A stretch of DNA of 64,000 nucleotides from Candidatus Omnitrophota bacterium (GCA_043797125.1 JAZDPX010000045.1:8338-72337), one strand, 5' to 3'; positions 47,339 to 62,300 are shown, counted from the first letter of the stretch. Made by a program: numbers and translations. The notes: a model not told the origin generated them from the sequence alone.

Positions 47339-50300
47339 TTACGCCTGCGCCTCTATCGCTTCTGTTGCCTGCTTTATCTCATCAAGGACCTTGCCGATTT
47401 CCGCTGAGGTAATCGGCGGCAGCATCTTAGCGATAACCTGGGCAACGCTCGGCTGGCTGGAGTGCAGCTTGCTTAAAGTATAAGCCAGCATAGCTTCAAA
47501 ACTTACCACGCCTTTATCCGGCTGCTGCGAAGTGATGAAAAACGATATGTTTCTGCCGGACCTGGCCTGGTTTCCTTCGTTAACAACTTCCGCTATGCGT
47601 TTTAAACCATTTTCTCCATAGCCCGGGTCGCAGATTACCCCGATTGCCGCGTAGTTGTTGTTTTCTTTCTGCTGCAGAAGCTCTTTTAATTTCTTTAGCT
47701 TGAGCGCGTCTTTTTCAACATCGTCCATCGTGTCGAACTCCGACTGGATATAACCCTTAACCTTGCCTCTTAGGAAATCATCTAGCTCAAGTACGTCGTG
47801 CCTGTCTAAGCGCTCGTTCAGCTCAACGACAAGCGATTCTTTCCTGTTTTTATCAGGGACTATTAATATGTTGAACTTGCCCCCGCTTCTCGCTGTTTGC
47901 ATGCGGGCAAGTTCGGCAATCCTATCTTTATCTTTTTCTGTTACAACAGACTCATATATCACCAGCGTATAAATATTTCGCGAGTTCTGGCTGAATTCAT
48001 CAACGCTGTATTGCTCGTTCGCTCTTTCGAGCATCTCGTCGCAGGCTTCCCTGAAAAGCTGCTCGTAACTTTTTGCTTCCGGCCCTGGCTTTGCCTCGGT
48101 GGGCGGCGGAGTTTCGTCGCTTAAAAAGCGCTCCGGATCGTTTTTAAAATATGTATTTTGTATCGTTTCTACCTCTTCTTTGGTAAGAATTCGCATTACC
48201 TTTTTATTTGCTGCATGATCAAATTCATACCTTGCCACCTCGCCGTTTCCGACAGGCACGACAAAAAGCGCGTCTTTAAGTATGTTCGCGATTTTAGAAA
48301 ATTTGGTGTAGCCGCTAAGTATGGCTTTGGAGTTCTGTAGATACTTTGTGCCCGCGATTGCCACAGCCTCAAGCGGGTCTATCAGGGCGTATTCTTCTTC
48401 GTTCGGATTTTCTAATTTTATTAAAGTTATCTTATTTTTTTCATAAACAGAACGCAGTTTTTTAAACTCATCCAATTCGCTGTCCATTATTGCCTGATCC
48501 ATGTTAGACGGCAGATAACAATACTTTTCGCCTCCTACTTCACGCAGCCATTGCCCATTCCAAATTTCGCGGAATTTTTTGTAGTCGTAATCATCGGGAA
48601 TATCGTCGATTTTTTTAATCTCGCCGCCGATTATAGCCCCGTAAAATCCCGCGGCCTTCGCCGCTTCTTTCCAGGCCCTGACTGACATTATCGGCTTTCC
48701 CGCGCGGTAGCTTGACATGGAAAACTTATGCACAAACTCATGCTCGATGGTAAGGAAATCTGCCGAGGCTAAATCCCACTGCACATTATCCATGCTTTCA
48801 AGGCCCGTTTGCCCTTTCACGCCATACGGAAGCTTTGTAGCTTCTGACCCTACTGGAACGCTGATAAACTGCCTTAGTCTCTTTGGGAACCAAGTAATGG
48901 CCTCTCTGGCCATATCAAGTTTTTCCTCGGGGATATATCTCATAATCTCCACGTTTTCTTCCTGCTTTGTCTGCTTAACAAAATTAAAATGCCTTATAAA
49001 TTCAACGACAGGCGCGTCTTTTTCGGGCACCTGGCTTATTACCTCGTCTAAAAGTTCGCTGAGCTTCTCGATATTTATTCTGCCGTTTTCTTTTTGAGCG
49101 CCTTGTGGATTGGATATATAGTCTTGCGCTAATTTTATCGCTGTATCAATAAGCCTGATCTTTTTAAGCAGCACTAATTTTACAAAATCGCGCGCGTTAA
49201 GGCCTGATAGCTTATTTATTAATACGCCGTCTTTTTCAAGGCCTATTCTTCGGGCTATTACTTTTGCCGCCTCAAAAGCGTCTCTTCTGTGGGCGTGCAT
49301 CTGGGGCATTTTTTGTTTTGCGTCCTCGCTAAGGCCGCAATACACAAGATAGCCGCTTTCAGCATGCCTTATCAGGCCTATTGTTTTATAAAAGTTATGA
49401 AGCGCCATCTCTTCTCTTAAAAGTTCTTTTGGCTTGGCGCTTTGCCTGCGCAGCCTAACGCTATCTGTGCCGGTAATACTCCTTAAAATAATAGCTGCGC
49501 CTCTTTTCTCTATTGCTAATATATAATTAAACCTGACCTCCCATGTTGAGTGCTCCGGATCATAGTTATCATAGCCGCCGAAGAAATAAGGCAGCCCGTC
49601 TTCCAGCGGGTGGATTGAAATAGTTTCTCCGGTTTTTAGGTTTATCTCTTTAAGCGCCAGTCCGCTTGCGTTTAACCGGTCTTTTTCTAAAACATACTGA
49701 TTATCTCCGGCAAAAATTATTATTGGCTCGCTATACGAGAATCTTATTTCATTTTTGCCCGTTAAAACAATTTCTTCGTCCGACAGCGGCGGGAACGCCG
49801 CCTTCCAGTATTCCGCCGCTTTTCTATTTTTCGCAAAATCCGCCCAGTTTTTAAGCATCCTTTCTATCTTTCCTCTGTTAGGCAAAAACTTTTGGTCTTT
49901 GTTTGCCGCCATCTCAAGCGCCAATTCGTATATAAAACCTAATATCTTAAAAGCTTCCCTGGCGTCATCTTTGTTGTTAATTGTCACGTCCTCGTGAACT
50001 TTTCCGGCTTTTTGTTTATATTTTTTCTTTATCGCGGCTTCTGTCAGTTCGCTGATTCCAAGCGCCTTAATTACAAAAGCCTCCAATGAATCCCAGTTTG
50101 CGTCGTTAACATTCGCGATTTGCTCTAATATAAATTCCCTCGCCGCCATTCTAATTTTACTTAACATTACGCCATAGTCTGCCTTAAGAGCGCCTGCCGC
50201 GTTTCTGGCGGCATCCATAAATACTTCGTTCTCGCCTAATGCAACGAGAACTTCCGCGTCTTTCTTAAGTGCGTCATCTGGAGTATTTATTATCCAGAGC

Positions 50301-53300
50301 ATCACAGCTTCGTGCGCATTCGCTTCAAGCGCGCCTGTTTTTACGAAGTTTCCGACAGCTTCCCTGGCCTTATCTTGTATGCCGGGGGTATCCCAGCGTA
50401 CGCCCCCCATGCCAGTCGGCAGCGGCGGGGCGGTGGGCGTTATCCGCGCTGCTATAAAGCAACTATCAATAGAATATTTCGGCTCATAACTGAATGGATG
50501 CGTTTTGCTTAAGGGAAGTATTTCGTAATTTTTTGAGGCAATCACGGTCTGAATTAGGCCAAGATTTGAGTAAATTGCGGCGCTCGTAGGTATAAGCACT
50601 GCCTCGCAGTTTAAGGCCTTGGCTAATTCCTTGGCGTAATCAATAAGCTTGTTATATATATCATCCGCGGCAACCCCGGTTAACAGGCTCGTGCTTGGGT
50701 TAATGCCGGGAAGAACAAGGTATTTTTTGTTGTTATCTTCTATAATTAACACATACATGCCGCCTTGGGCAATACCATTCGAATCAAATATGATTATATT
50801 GATAAAGTTGGGATTATTCCAAAGCCTTTCATCTTCTGCGGTGCATGCGCCCATATTCAGGCCTGCTACGCCGTGGGCTTTTCTCTTTGAGGCAACGAAT
50901 CTTAACGCAATTTTTTCTTGCGATTCCTGGAATTCATATTTCCTCTCCACTTCAGCCTGCATGTGTTCATATTCACTTCCCTGCAAGAGCTTGGTTATGA
51001 TGGCTGCTTCTTTGCCTTGCTGCATCTTAAAGGTTGTGGATTTTAATTCGTTTTGTATTGATTGCTCGTCTGTTTTATCTTTTACTTTTTCCCATATCGC
51101 ATCAGCCGTATAATCGTCATCTATTCTTAGCGCCTTCTTGATTAATTGTATCAGCTGACGCTCATCCTTCTTTTCGCGAGCTTTAAGTATGTTAAATACT
51201 GTTTTAGCGGCGCCTTCTGGTCTTTCTATTCTGACGCTGAGCATCTTGTCATACGACTCTTGATTTTGCTTTTTATACGCAGCAATACATTCACCGGCTA
51301 GATCTCGCAAGGTGTCCCCCATAAATACATTTATATCGATAATATTCCCAATTATTGCCAATGATTCTGGCAGCATCCTGTTGCCGGAACTCCTGTAGTA
51401 GCGATATAGTTGTTCCAATAAATCTTCCCTGACATTGTGTAGGCCCCCCATTTTCCACTGCTCAAGAAGCTGTCCGCCTAAACTGGCTGCTTTTTCTTTG
51501 TCCGGCGCTAACAAGGCTTCCCCGTTTACCTTGGCAATAACCTGCCGGATAGTTCGCCACGGACTAGCATCTAATGGCATGGACGGGTCCTTTAAGATAT
51601 ATTGGCCGACAGATATATCGATCGGTTTTGTTTCTTGCAAATGCGCTGGTATCTCCTTTGTGTCTTGCGGCCTGTCGGCTCTATTTTTGTACATCGCAAA
51701 ATAACTTCCCCTTTGGACGGTTACTGCGGGCGGGAATATATATAATAGCATTGTGCTGAACAACGGGTCTTTGTCTGCTTTGGCTGTGTCGCCTTCTAAT
51801 ATCTCATTATGTATGCGCTTGCACCTTTCTATGAGCTCATTTAGCTTCCTTGGATTGTTCTTATATGCTTCATATACGCTAACTATGGCATAGGGGTTTT
51901 CTTTTAGGAAAGCGTTGATTTGGTCTTTTTCTTTTGATATTGGTTTTGAGATTACGCCTTGTTTAACGCCCAAAAGGAGGAAGTTTTCCAATAAATCATA
52001 TGCCCTTATGCCGTGTGTTTGTATAAATTCTTTAATAAAAGCCAGGTCAGCCTCTGATTCTATCGCGCCAGCAGCAAACAGCTTTTTCGTAACTCCGAGA
52101 CAAAGGAACGCGCCCTGGCGCTGCTTAAAGAATATGGGTTTGAAAAATATTTTCCAGGATTGGGGCCATTTCCTCAATATGGGTTCTGCTTCATGTATCT
52201 GCTCTATTAGTTGATATTCAACGCCTGCGGATAATGTTAGCGCTTGTATTAAATCGTATCCTATTTTAATAAAGTCGTCTTTTGTATTAATAGCCGAGTC
52301 AAAAAGATAAAACATTCTGGCAAAATGTTCTGTATTTGCTGCTGTCTCTTTAAGGAATCCCGTTAGCTTTGCAAAAAAGGTTGGCTCTGCTATATCATCA
52401 AGCCCTGTCTTTGTTATTACAAAAAGGCCTATAAGAATACTGACAAGCCGTTCCTGTTTTAGGCCTGTGGCGGTTTTAAGTGCTTCTGTTACGCTGGCTA
52501 TCTCGTCCTGCGCTTTGGCAAATAACCGCTTATCAAATATTCCTACTCTTGCGTGCTCTGCGGTTATGGCTGCTAAGGCTTCGGCTCTATCAAGCTTATT
52601 GGTTATTTTTTCTGCTGTGGTTATCGCATCTTTAAACTTTCCTGCCTTTGTCTGCTCTGCTGCTACGCCTTTAAGGGCTAATGATTTATTATCGGTATCG
52701 GTGATGATGCTTGCTGTAGCGAGGGCGTCATTAAACATCCCTGCCTTTGCCTGTTCTATTGCCAGCTCCTTAAGGATGGCTGGTTTAAGATGAGCGCCAT
52801 CTATGGTTTTTGCTGTAGCGAAGGCATCATTAAACGTATTTTTTGCTTCATCAAGCATGCCTGCTTTTGCCTGCTCTGCTGCTATGCCTTGAAGGGCTTC
52901 TGCTTTATGTTTGGTATCGGTGATGGTGCTTGCTGTGGCGAGGGCGTCATTAAACGTATTCTTTGCTTCATCAAGCATGCCTGCTTTTGCCTGCTCTGCT
53001 GCTATCTCTTTAAGAGCTAATGATTTATAATAGGCGTTGGTTATGATGCTTGCTGTGGCGATGGCGTCATCCAGCTTGCCTATCTTTGCAAACCATTTTG
53101 CAATAACGATGAGGGCTTCTGGTTTGTCATCGGTATAGGTGCTGGTTTTTGCTGTGGCGAGGGCATCTATTAATGCTTTGTTTGCGTCATCCATCCTGCC
53201 TGCTTCTGTAAACCCTTCTGCGACAGCGGCGAGGGCTTTTGCTTTGTCAACGGCTTCGGTAATGGTGTTTGCTGTGGCGAGGGCATCTTCAAACATCCCA

Positions 53301-56300
53301 ACCCTTGCCTGCTCTGCTGCTATGCCTTGAAGGGCTTCTGCTTTATGTTTGGTATCGGTGATGGTGCTTGCTGTGGCGAGGGCATCATCAAACATCCCCA
53401 CCTTTGCCTGTTCTATTGATATCTTCTTAAGGGCTAATGTTTTATAATAAGCATTGGTGATGGTATTTGCTTTGGCGATGGCATCATTAAACGTATTCTT
53501 TGCTTCATCAAACATGCCTAGCTTTGCCTGCTCTATTGCTATCTCCTTAAGGACGGCTGGTCCACGATAAACGCCATCTATGGTTTTTGCTGTGGCGAGG
53601 GCATCTATTAATGCTTTGTTTGCGTCATCCACCCTGCCTATCTTTGCAAACCATTTTGCAATAACGATGAGGGCCTTTAGTTTGTCATCGTCATGGGTGA
53701 TGGTTTTTGCTGTGGCGAGGGCATCTATTAATGCTTTGTTTGCGTCATCCACCCTGCCTATTTCTGTAAACATTTCTGCGGCAGCGGCAAGGGCTTTTAC
53801 TTTATCAGCGGCATTGGCAATGGTTTTTGCTGTGGCGAGGGCGTCTATTGATGCCAAACAAAATATCTGCAGTAAAGAGCGCACGGTATCTGTAGCATTT
53901 TTAATTTTCTCTAATATCTTCTCCCTGCCCTGCTGAATTGCCCCTTGTGAATTTTCAATATCTTTTAAGAATGCCTCATTCTGCCCAAGCTTAACCAGCA
54001 CTTCATCGTCAATAAAGGGCTGCTCGTGTATTATCGCGAGAGCAAGCGCCTCGAATTCGCCGCGGCCTATTTCCTGGCCGGCTTTAAGTTTTGCTACTGC
54101 TTCTTTTGCCCTTTTAAAGGTGCGCTCATCCGGCACCATCCCGCCGTTGCCCAGCGGTATAATTTTACCCGCCATGTAAATCTGCTGCGCCAGTTCAACC
54201 GGTATGCCGGCTTTGCCGTTTTCATCAAGTTTGTCGTCTTCCAGGTAAGGCTTAACCTTTGTTTCATAATAATTAAGCCATTCCCGGAATAGCATCTTAG
54301 CGACTTTGTCTTCTTCCGGTTCGCCTTCTCTCTGCTTTGTAAGCGTTTGCTGGAAATCTCCTATTATAACCATACGTTCCTGAACCCTTGAAATCGCGAC
54401 ATTTAAACGCCGTATGTCTTTTAAGAATCCTATTTCCGGCTTCCCGGGGTTGCTTCTTACAAAATCGATTATAACAACCTTTTTCTCCTGGCCTTGTATG
54501 CTGTCAATGGTGGTAATTTCAAATTTTTTGTGGAATATTTTCTCAAGCTTTTTGTCAATGTAAGCCTGTTGTGCTTTATATGGAGTAACAATTATGAAGT
54601 CTTCTGGTTTGTAGTTATATTTCTGCATAAGCTTGGTTATTTCATTTACCACTTCTTCCGCGTTGCCTTTGTTCCAGAGAGACTTTCCGTATTCTGTATT
54701 TCGCCAGCCGCGCCTTTCTCTGTATTTATCCGCGTACCAGCGGTTGCCATCCTTGCCGTTTTGATTGTTTCGCAGCGTTGAGGTGTCTATTATTTTAAGC
54801 GTATCTTTGTCGAACGGCTCCCAGCCTCTTTTCTGAAGTTTCGCCTGCCACCACTTATGCTGTTTCCACCATTCTTTTTTCAGCTGCCTTTCGCATTTTT
54901 TCTGAAACTCTTCACCGTAAGAAATGGCCACCAGGCCGGTGTGTATGGGGTGTGAACGCCAGCAGGTAGACAAGGTGATGTGGTCGGCATATGCCGGGTC
55001 GATTATATTTATTAAGCCCGTGTTGTATAGGCCTGTCTGCTCTTTTGTTAAGCCGTATTTTTCCCCGATTACATCATGATCCGCCGGGAAAGGCCCGAGT
55101 TGGTTGGGGTCTCCTATTATAATGACTTTTTTCGCCAGCCTAAGCGCTATAAGCACCTCTGGTAAGGTTGGTTTACTTGCCTCATCAATTATAAGGACAT
55201 CGAACATCGCTTTATCAAAATTAATCGTTTTGTCCATATAAAATCCGACCGATGTTCCCGCCGCGATAAACGCGTCATTGTTTTCTCTGCGCTTTTCCTC
55301 AAAAGACAACAGATTTTCCTTGATTTGCGTAGAAAACTTTCTGACTTCGTCTATTGTGATATCGCCCATCTTGTTGCCAAGCCTTAAGATTGGAATGCTG
55401 CCGTCTTTCACCAGCTCTTCCAGGGCCTTATCCACGGCTACGTGAGTCTGGGCGGTAATAAGCACTCTCTCGCCGCGCTTAACAAACTGTTTTGCTATTT
55501 CAGTAACGACCTTTGTCTTGCCGGGGCCGGGCGGGCCTATCACAACCGTCAAATCCTGCTTGGAATTAAGGCATAGCTCGACAGCCTTTTGCTGGGATTC
55601 ATCGCCTTCGATTTCCTCGTCTATAAAAGCAAAGTCCGCGCCTAAGTCTAAGTCGTTGCTGTCTGTATCCTGCGGCCATTCCGCGGCCGGCATAAGCCCA
55701 AGCATTCTTTTTATTACGCTGTTGTAGTTTCTGCCGTTATTCTTTTTTATGTCCTCTATCAGGCCGTCTAATACTTTAAACTGCAGTTCGTAGGCTGCGA
55801 CGTTAGGATTTTCCTTGTTTTCAGCGGATGCCTTCTTTTCTGTGTCTATCAAAGCATCCAGCACTTTTATGTATGTCTCCAGCTCATCGAGCGCTTGTTT
55901 TTTGCTTTTTGGCTGAACTTTATTCTTTTTATACAGTTTTACGTTAGATGGCGGAAGTTTCCCGACGCCTGGGAAAATTTCGGCGGCGGTTTGCATCCAT
56001 TCGATTACGGAGAGCAAGCGCTGTTTTTTCTTTTGCGGCGTATCTTCTTTCTTTGCCAGGTCAATTATCATCTTCTGGCCTTGCGGCAATATACCCAACG
56101 GCGCCAACGATGCCATTTCCCAGGATGCCTTAATCAATGCTTGCTCGCCTATGTCTTGCGAAACTTCTTCCAGCAATTCCACCGCCGGCTTTAAAAATGC
56201 CTCTATATCTTTTGCAAACACGTTGTATGCGCAAATAAGCAATTCTCTTTTTGTTTCTACGCTTACTTCGGCATTGGTTTTAAGGTCTGCCGGCGGATAA

Positions 56301-59300
56301 AAAATTGTAAACACCCTTTCTATATCTTTTATGCTTAAGCCCTTTTCCGCGGCGAATAAAGAAAGCTTATCAAGAATGCCGTTGTAACCCCGCGTAGTGC
56401 CTGTTATTCCAAGCATGTTACAAAGCCCTGTGTGTATATTTTTCTTTTTTTGCTGTACTGACCGCTCAAGCAGTATGTTGTTTAGCATCATGGAATATGT
56501 TATGTTGGAATCTCCAAAAATATACTGTTGCAAAGGCAGAATGTCAAATTTTTGTTCTTCCGCTTGCGGCATCGCGGAGCGAACCACTTTTTCGTCGGTG
56601 GCATAAGTCTTAAACTCATAAAAAGTTTCGCCTAGTATTGTCCTAAGTTTAATGTCGCCGTATATGTCTGCTGCGCCCTCTTCAAAAACCAATAAGTGGT
56701 TTTTGATAAGAAAGCGGGCCAAAAGATTAAACACAGCTATGTGTTTTTCCATACCTTTATCTTCCGGCCCCGGCAAAAGCCCTGAATGCAAAGCAAAGAT
56801 TTTGTTGTCTTTTGATGAGAAGTTGAGAAAATCTCCAACGTTGCGGTCAAATGTACAAAAATTCAGCCTCTGGGCGTTTATAAGGCTCCTGAAATCGGCC
56901 AAAAAGACTTTTTGCCTCTCTCCTTGTACGCTGTTTTCTAATTTTGCAAGAATGCCGTCTAACGACAGTGGGGCCTGGCCCGTCAATGCCGCCTTGCCCA
57001 GAGCAGAGCCGCTTGCTTTGCCTTCTATGTTTAATAAAATATCGCCGTTTATCTTGATGATTTCCGTTACTTTTGTGTCTTTGCCCAGCTGGTCGGAATT
57101 TTCTTGTTCGGGATCCAATATGTTGATGATTGTTTCCTCGGGCGGCCTTTTATCCTGCGGAATGTCTTGTTTTGTAGCGTTGTTGGGCTTAGGAGGCTGT
57201 AGCTGCGATATATCAGCCTTTAGCTTTTTAATTTCCTCGTTTATCTTGTTTACCTTCGCAAGAAGCTCATCAACAAGAAGCTTCTTCTCAAGGCCTTTTT
57301 TCGCCGCTTTATCATCCGTAAGTAAATCAATAATTTTTCTTTTGGCCTTTATCGCTTTGTTCAAATGGCCGATGGCGAGTTCAAGCCTGCTGATTTTATC
57401 TTGCGTTTTCTTTTGTGTCTGGGATGAGTTTTGCGGTATTGTTGTTTTAGCCGCTATTTCCTCGTCGCGCTTTGCTTTATCCAATTCATCTTTGCACTCT
57501 TTCTCAAGGGCCTCAACCTTACCCCTTCTCACACATTCCTCTTGCGTTTCATAAATTCTGATTTCAAGCGCCTCGTCTTCCTTATCAAGCTCAAAGGCCT
57601 TGTTAAGAAGCTTAAACGCCTCTTGAATGTCTTGCGCCGTTTTGTTTTCCCTGCTTAAAAATTCTTCCGCCTTTTCCAAATACGCCTGTTTAAGGGTTGT
57701 TTTTACCGCGGTATCATCCGGGACAAGCGCGCTCGCTTTCTCGAGCAGCTCTATTGCCTTTTCATAATTTTTCTCTTCTATAAGCTGTTTGGACCGCGTC
57801 AGGTAGGCTTTTTTAAGCATGGCGATTAATGTTGCGTCGCCCGGGACCAACTGAAGCCCTTTTTCCAGAGAAGCTATTGTGTTGTCAAGATTTGATTCGG
57901 TTTCGTGTTGCTTTGCTCTCTTCTCATACGCTTCGCTAAGCGCTTTTGAAATATCTGTGTCATCCGCAGCAAGTTTGTGGGCATCCGTAAGCACATCTAT
58001 CGCTTTTTCATAATTTTTCTCTTCCATGAGCTTTTTTGCGTATTTTAAGCTCGCTTCTTTACGCAACTGCAGTATGCGGGCCCTGTTTGAATCAAACTTA
58101 TGCGCTTTTTCAAGCAAGGCTACCGCGCCTGCATAATCCCCTTTATCGATAAGCTGCCTACCATAATCTGAAGACACTGCTGTGAGCCTTTTGCTTAAAA
58201 GTTCTATGCCGTAACCGCTTAATTCATGCTTGATGGCAATCACAAGATAGTTTATTTCTTCGTCGGGCCTTTGCTCTTGCAGCGTAGAGCCTATTTTTTC
58301 TTTTAATTCTTTAATAAATTCATTATTCGGCTCTGCTTTGTGCAGGGCCTCTATTACACAGGAGCGCTGCTGTGCCGGCATTTGTCTGTCCATAAAGATT
58401 TCATCGATTAAAACGCTTCTTAGTTCGCTGGAGAAAGCATTCCTGTATAAATCGCGGAGAAAATCTGTTGTTTTTTCCGGGAATAGCCCTGAAAGATGCT
58501 TTAGCGCCTTCTTAATATCTACCGCTCCTTCTTTGTCATTGTTTAATATTTCTTTTACTCCGCCGTAAAAAAGCATTTTCGATTCAAAGGCTAATACAGC
58601 GTAAAATTCTTCCTCGCCGCATTTTTCTATATCGAGATCGCTGCTGGAAAATTCGTTAAGGGCCTCGAAAATACGCGACTGCACGAAGGTTGCCCTTGTC
58701 AGCGGCGCATCATCCCATAGCGGCTTTATCAGGTGGCTTATTTTGCTTATATCCCCTTCTCTCATTCTAAGTGAAGCTCCTATCATTTCTTCGTAAGCTT
58801 CGCGTCTATATTGTTTATTAAGTTCGATATGCAAAATATCTATGGCGTCTTTTATAATTTGTACCTCTGTTCCGCTGAATCTTTTGTAGGTTCGTATTTT
58901 ATCTAGCAACAATTTTGCGGTAACGCCGATTTTCTTAATTACGTCGCTAAAATTCTTTTCTATTTTTGAAAAATCATTGCACTTGGCAATAATATCTAAA
59001 AGGTTGACATGCAAAAAGGGTTCATCCGGATAAAGCTTAATGGCTTTTCTTGCATATTTTTCCGCTTCGTTAAGATTACCCGCAGTTGCTAAACCTGCTG
59101 ATGTTGCAAAATAACTATATGCATCTTCAATACTTTTAATATCTTTGCCTTGCGTCATTTGGGACAAAAGCCTGGCGCTTGGCTTAAATGTTCTGTTCTT
59201 GATATCACCTTGTTTGCCAGCGGTTTTGATAATCTCTTGTACCTTAAAATGCAATTGCGTAAAAGCTTTTTTGTCCATGACCATCTTAATGTCGCTTGTC

Positions 59301-62300
59301 AGGCCCATATCCGCTCTGCCGAACCACACCCTGGATACAAGCCTACTTAGGTAATGGCTGTCTTGTTCCCATCCTTCGGGCCACTGTTTTTGATCTTCTT
59401 CTTGCAAAGAATTTTTTGCTTCATCGCTTATATATACTCTCCCCAGGGATTTAAATGCCGAAGATATGTTTTTTCTGATAAAGATTTCTATTGTACGGTC
59501 ATCGATAAGTTGGAACTTCAAGTATCTTGGATTTTGTCGGTCATCGCCAACAAGATAATGGCTTATCTCGTGCAATATGGCTAATGGGTTATCTATTAGG
59601 AATTTCTCAAGAGCTATAAGGTTGTGTTCTGCGCAGGTAAAACCAAAAAGGTCTTTATTTATTTTGTCAAAACTGTAAAGCCGCAGTCCTAATGGTATAG
59701 CTGTATCCAGAACAGAAAAAAGCATATTTTTATAGTCGGGGTTGGGGAATCGCAGCCCTTCAAAAACATCTTTAACTGCGCTCGCCGGGTCTGCGTCTAC
59801 TTTGTTAATAACAAGCTCTTCAAATATTTCTTCTGGTTCGAATTTGCTTGGTAATATACAAACGGGCACAACCGCCCGGCTCTCATCGGCTTCGGTAAAT
59901 TTCAGCTTGTCTGTTTGCGCGTATGCCTCGTTTCCGCCTATGCCCTGGTGTTCGCTAAGTTCTAGGTGTACGCCAGCATGCCCCGCCGTATCGGCTTCTT
60001 CATAATTGACCTTAAAATAACCTTCGTCATCCAGGCGCATCAGCACACTATAGATAGCTTTATTTATGGTTTGGCCGTATTTTTCCTTTATGCTTGCCCA
60101 TATCTTTTTTAGGGTTTCTTTTGAGCCGTTGGCATTGTATTCCCTTGTCTTGTCGCGGGCTGCGTCAACGGAATCCGCTACTTTTACTATGCTGTCAATT
60201 TTTTTAAGCAGCGGTTTTTTGCCATATATGCTCTTGTCGGCTGAATGATGATTTACAATCAGTTCAAATACGCCATCTTCTAGGTATTCAGTAACTCCAT
60301 ATGCTTTTAATATTGTTTCTGCATTAGCCGCGTGTTCAGTTTTTCTTGTTTCCTCATTTTCATCCAGGCTGCCGTTTTTAATTGTCAGGGCAAAAGTCTC
60401 ATTATCATAAAGTTTGCCGATATCATGCCACAAGCCTGCCTGGCGCGCCTTTTGTATGGCCCTGGAACCTTTGTCAGAACCCATGCCCATTTCTTGCGCG
60501 ATTTTTGCCGCAAGCCTGCTGGTGCGCCTGGCGTGCTCAAACAGCGCTTGTATCTGTTCAGCGCTGGCATTTATCTTATTATCTTTGGCAACCTGCTTAT
60601 ATACGGCGAATGCCTGCTCTTCTTTTATTCTATTTGTAAGATCTTCGTCCGCTTCGCCCAGCGTGGCTTTCCCAAGAGCGCGTAAATAATAATGGGTTCC
60701 CCTGCCCGGGTTTTCTTTTAATTTTGTGTTGAGCCAGGACAGGATTTCGTCGTTTAATCGCACCTTGCCTATTCCCGTATGGAGCAACATACCTTTTTTT
60801 CTTATGACTAAATCGTTTCCTTCGGTATGGAATTTGATTTTGTTCTGCGCGCAAATATATTCTTGCAGTTCGTGCAATAGGGCGGCGGGGTCTTGAGAAA
60901 ACTTTTCGTATATAGCAATGAGTTTGTCCTTTGGCAGGGCTTTGCCGAAGCAGTCTTCGATAAGCAGGTCGAATGTATGCAAATCCGGAGGAGATTTTTC
61001 GCGCAAGGCCAAAAGGCTTAAAATCACATCTTTATGGGAATTCTTTATGCGTTGGTTGGTTTTAACCCAGCTTATTATGGTATCTATATCCATTTTGCCC
61101 TGATGGAAAAGTTTTCCCGCATGTTCTCGGCCGGCTCTGTCTGTTATTATTATTTTCTCTTCTTTCGGGTTTACGCTTACAATCCCGCCGCGCTTGCCCA
61201 TTTGCGCGGGGCCGCTGCCGACATTAACCAGCTCGCTTAAATTCGCATCCAGCACCACATCCTGATACGCTAACACGTCGTGTTTGTAGTACTGCTGCCA
61301 GCTGCTCAAAAGGCCGGCCATCTTCCTTGCCTCTTTGGAAGCGCCGGCTTTGCTTAATTTCACGAAATCTCCGATAATGATTAAGTGCTCTTCTGCCATT
61401 GAAATTGCTAAAGTCAGCCGCTGGTGAAGTCCTTGTAATTGGCCTGGCTTGCTTCCTCTGAGGTCTAACACAACCACCTTGTTTTTCTCAGGCAAGCCAA
61501 ACCCTTCATGCCTGTACTCGGTGACAATTGTGGTGATGTCTTTATTGGCATAATCGTATTTGTCTATAAGCCTGTCTATTTCATCTGAGAGCCCTAATGG
61601 TTTGTCTGCGACATCAATTATTTTCAATACATCCTCACCAAAAGGTTCCCAATCTCTTGGGGCGAGTTCTTTGTCGCCGTATGAGAGCGACACAAGGCCC
61701 GCGTGAATCGGGTGCAGCTGGTGGGCTGTGGATAGCCTGATTATATCAGCTCTTTCATATATTTTATCTATGGGCAGGCCCTGATTATAGTAGTCTATTT
61801 GTTCTTGCGTTGTTTTCTTCACGGTTTTGGCCTCATTGGGTAAAATGCCGCGCGGCGGCATTTGCTGGCTGTCATATATGATGATAACTCTTCTTGCGCG
61901 CGTCATTGCCTGGAGTATCTCAGGGTAGGTTGCTTCCTCCGCGTGTATAAACGCAACATCAAAAGCTTGTGGTACATCCCTAAAAAGAAGTTTATCATCA
62001 AACCGCCTTTTTAACGCTTCGCCCTCTTTATACTCTTTAATCTCGCGATCCGTATCCATGCTTTGAAATTTTCCGAAAAGCGCGTAGCCTTTTCTGCGCT
62101 CACCCACCTCAAGTCTTTCATTAAATAAATCAAGGTTTTTATCCGGTATGCGATTATTGGCTGTAGCAACTATTTTGGCTGTATTACTGAATTCATCCGG
62201 GTTGTTTCCCAATCTTAAAACCGGCGCTTTTTTATCTTTGGGTGCCTTTTCATCGTTTACCAATTTTTCCAAATATCTATCCACAAGCCTGTGCGTTGCT

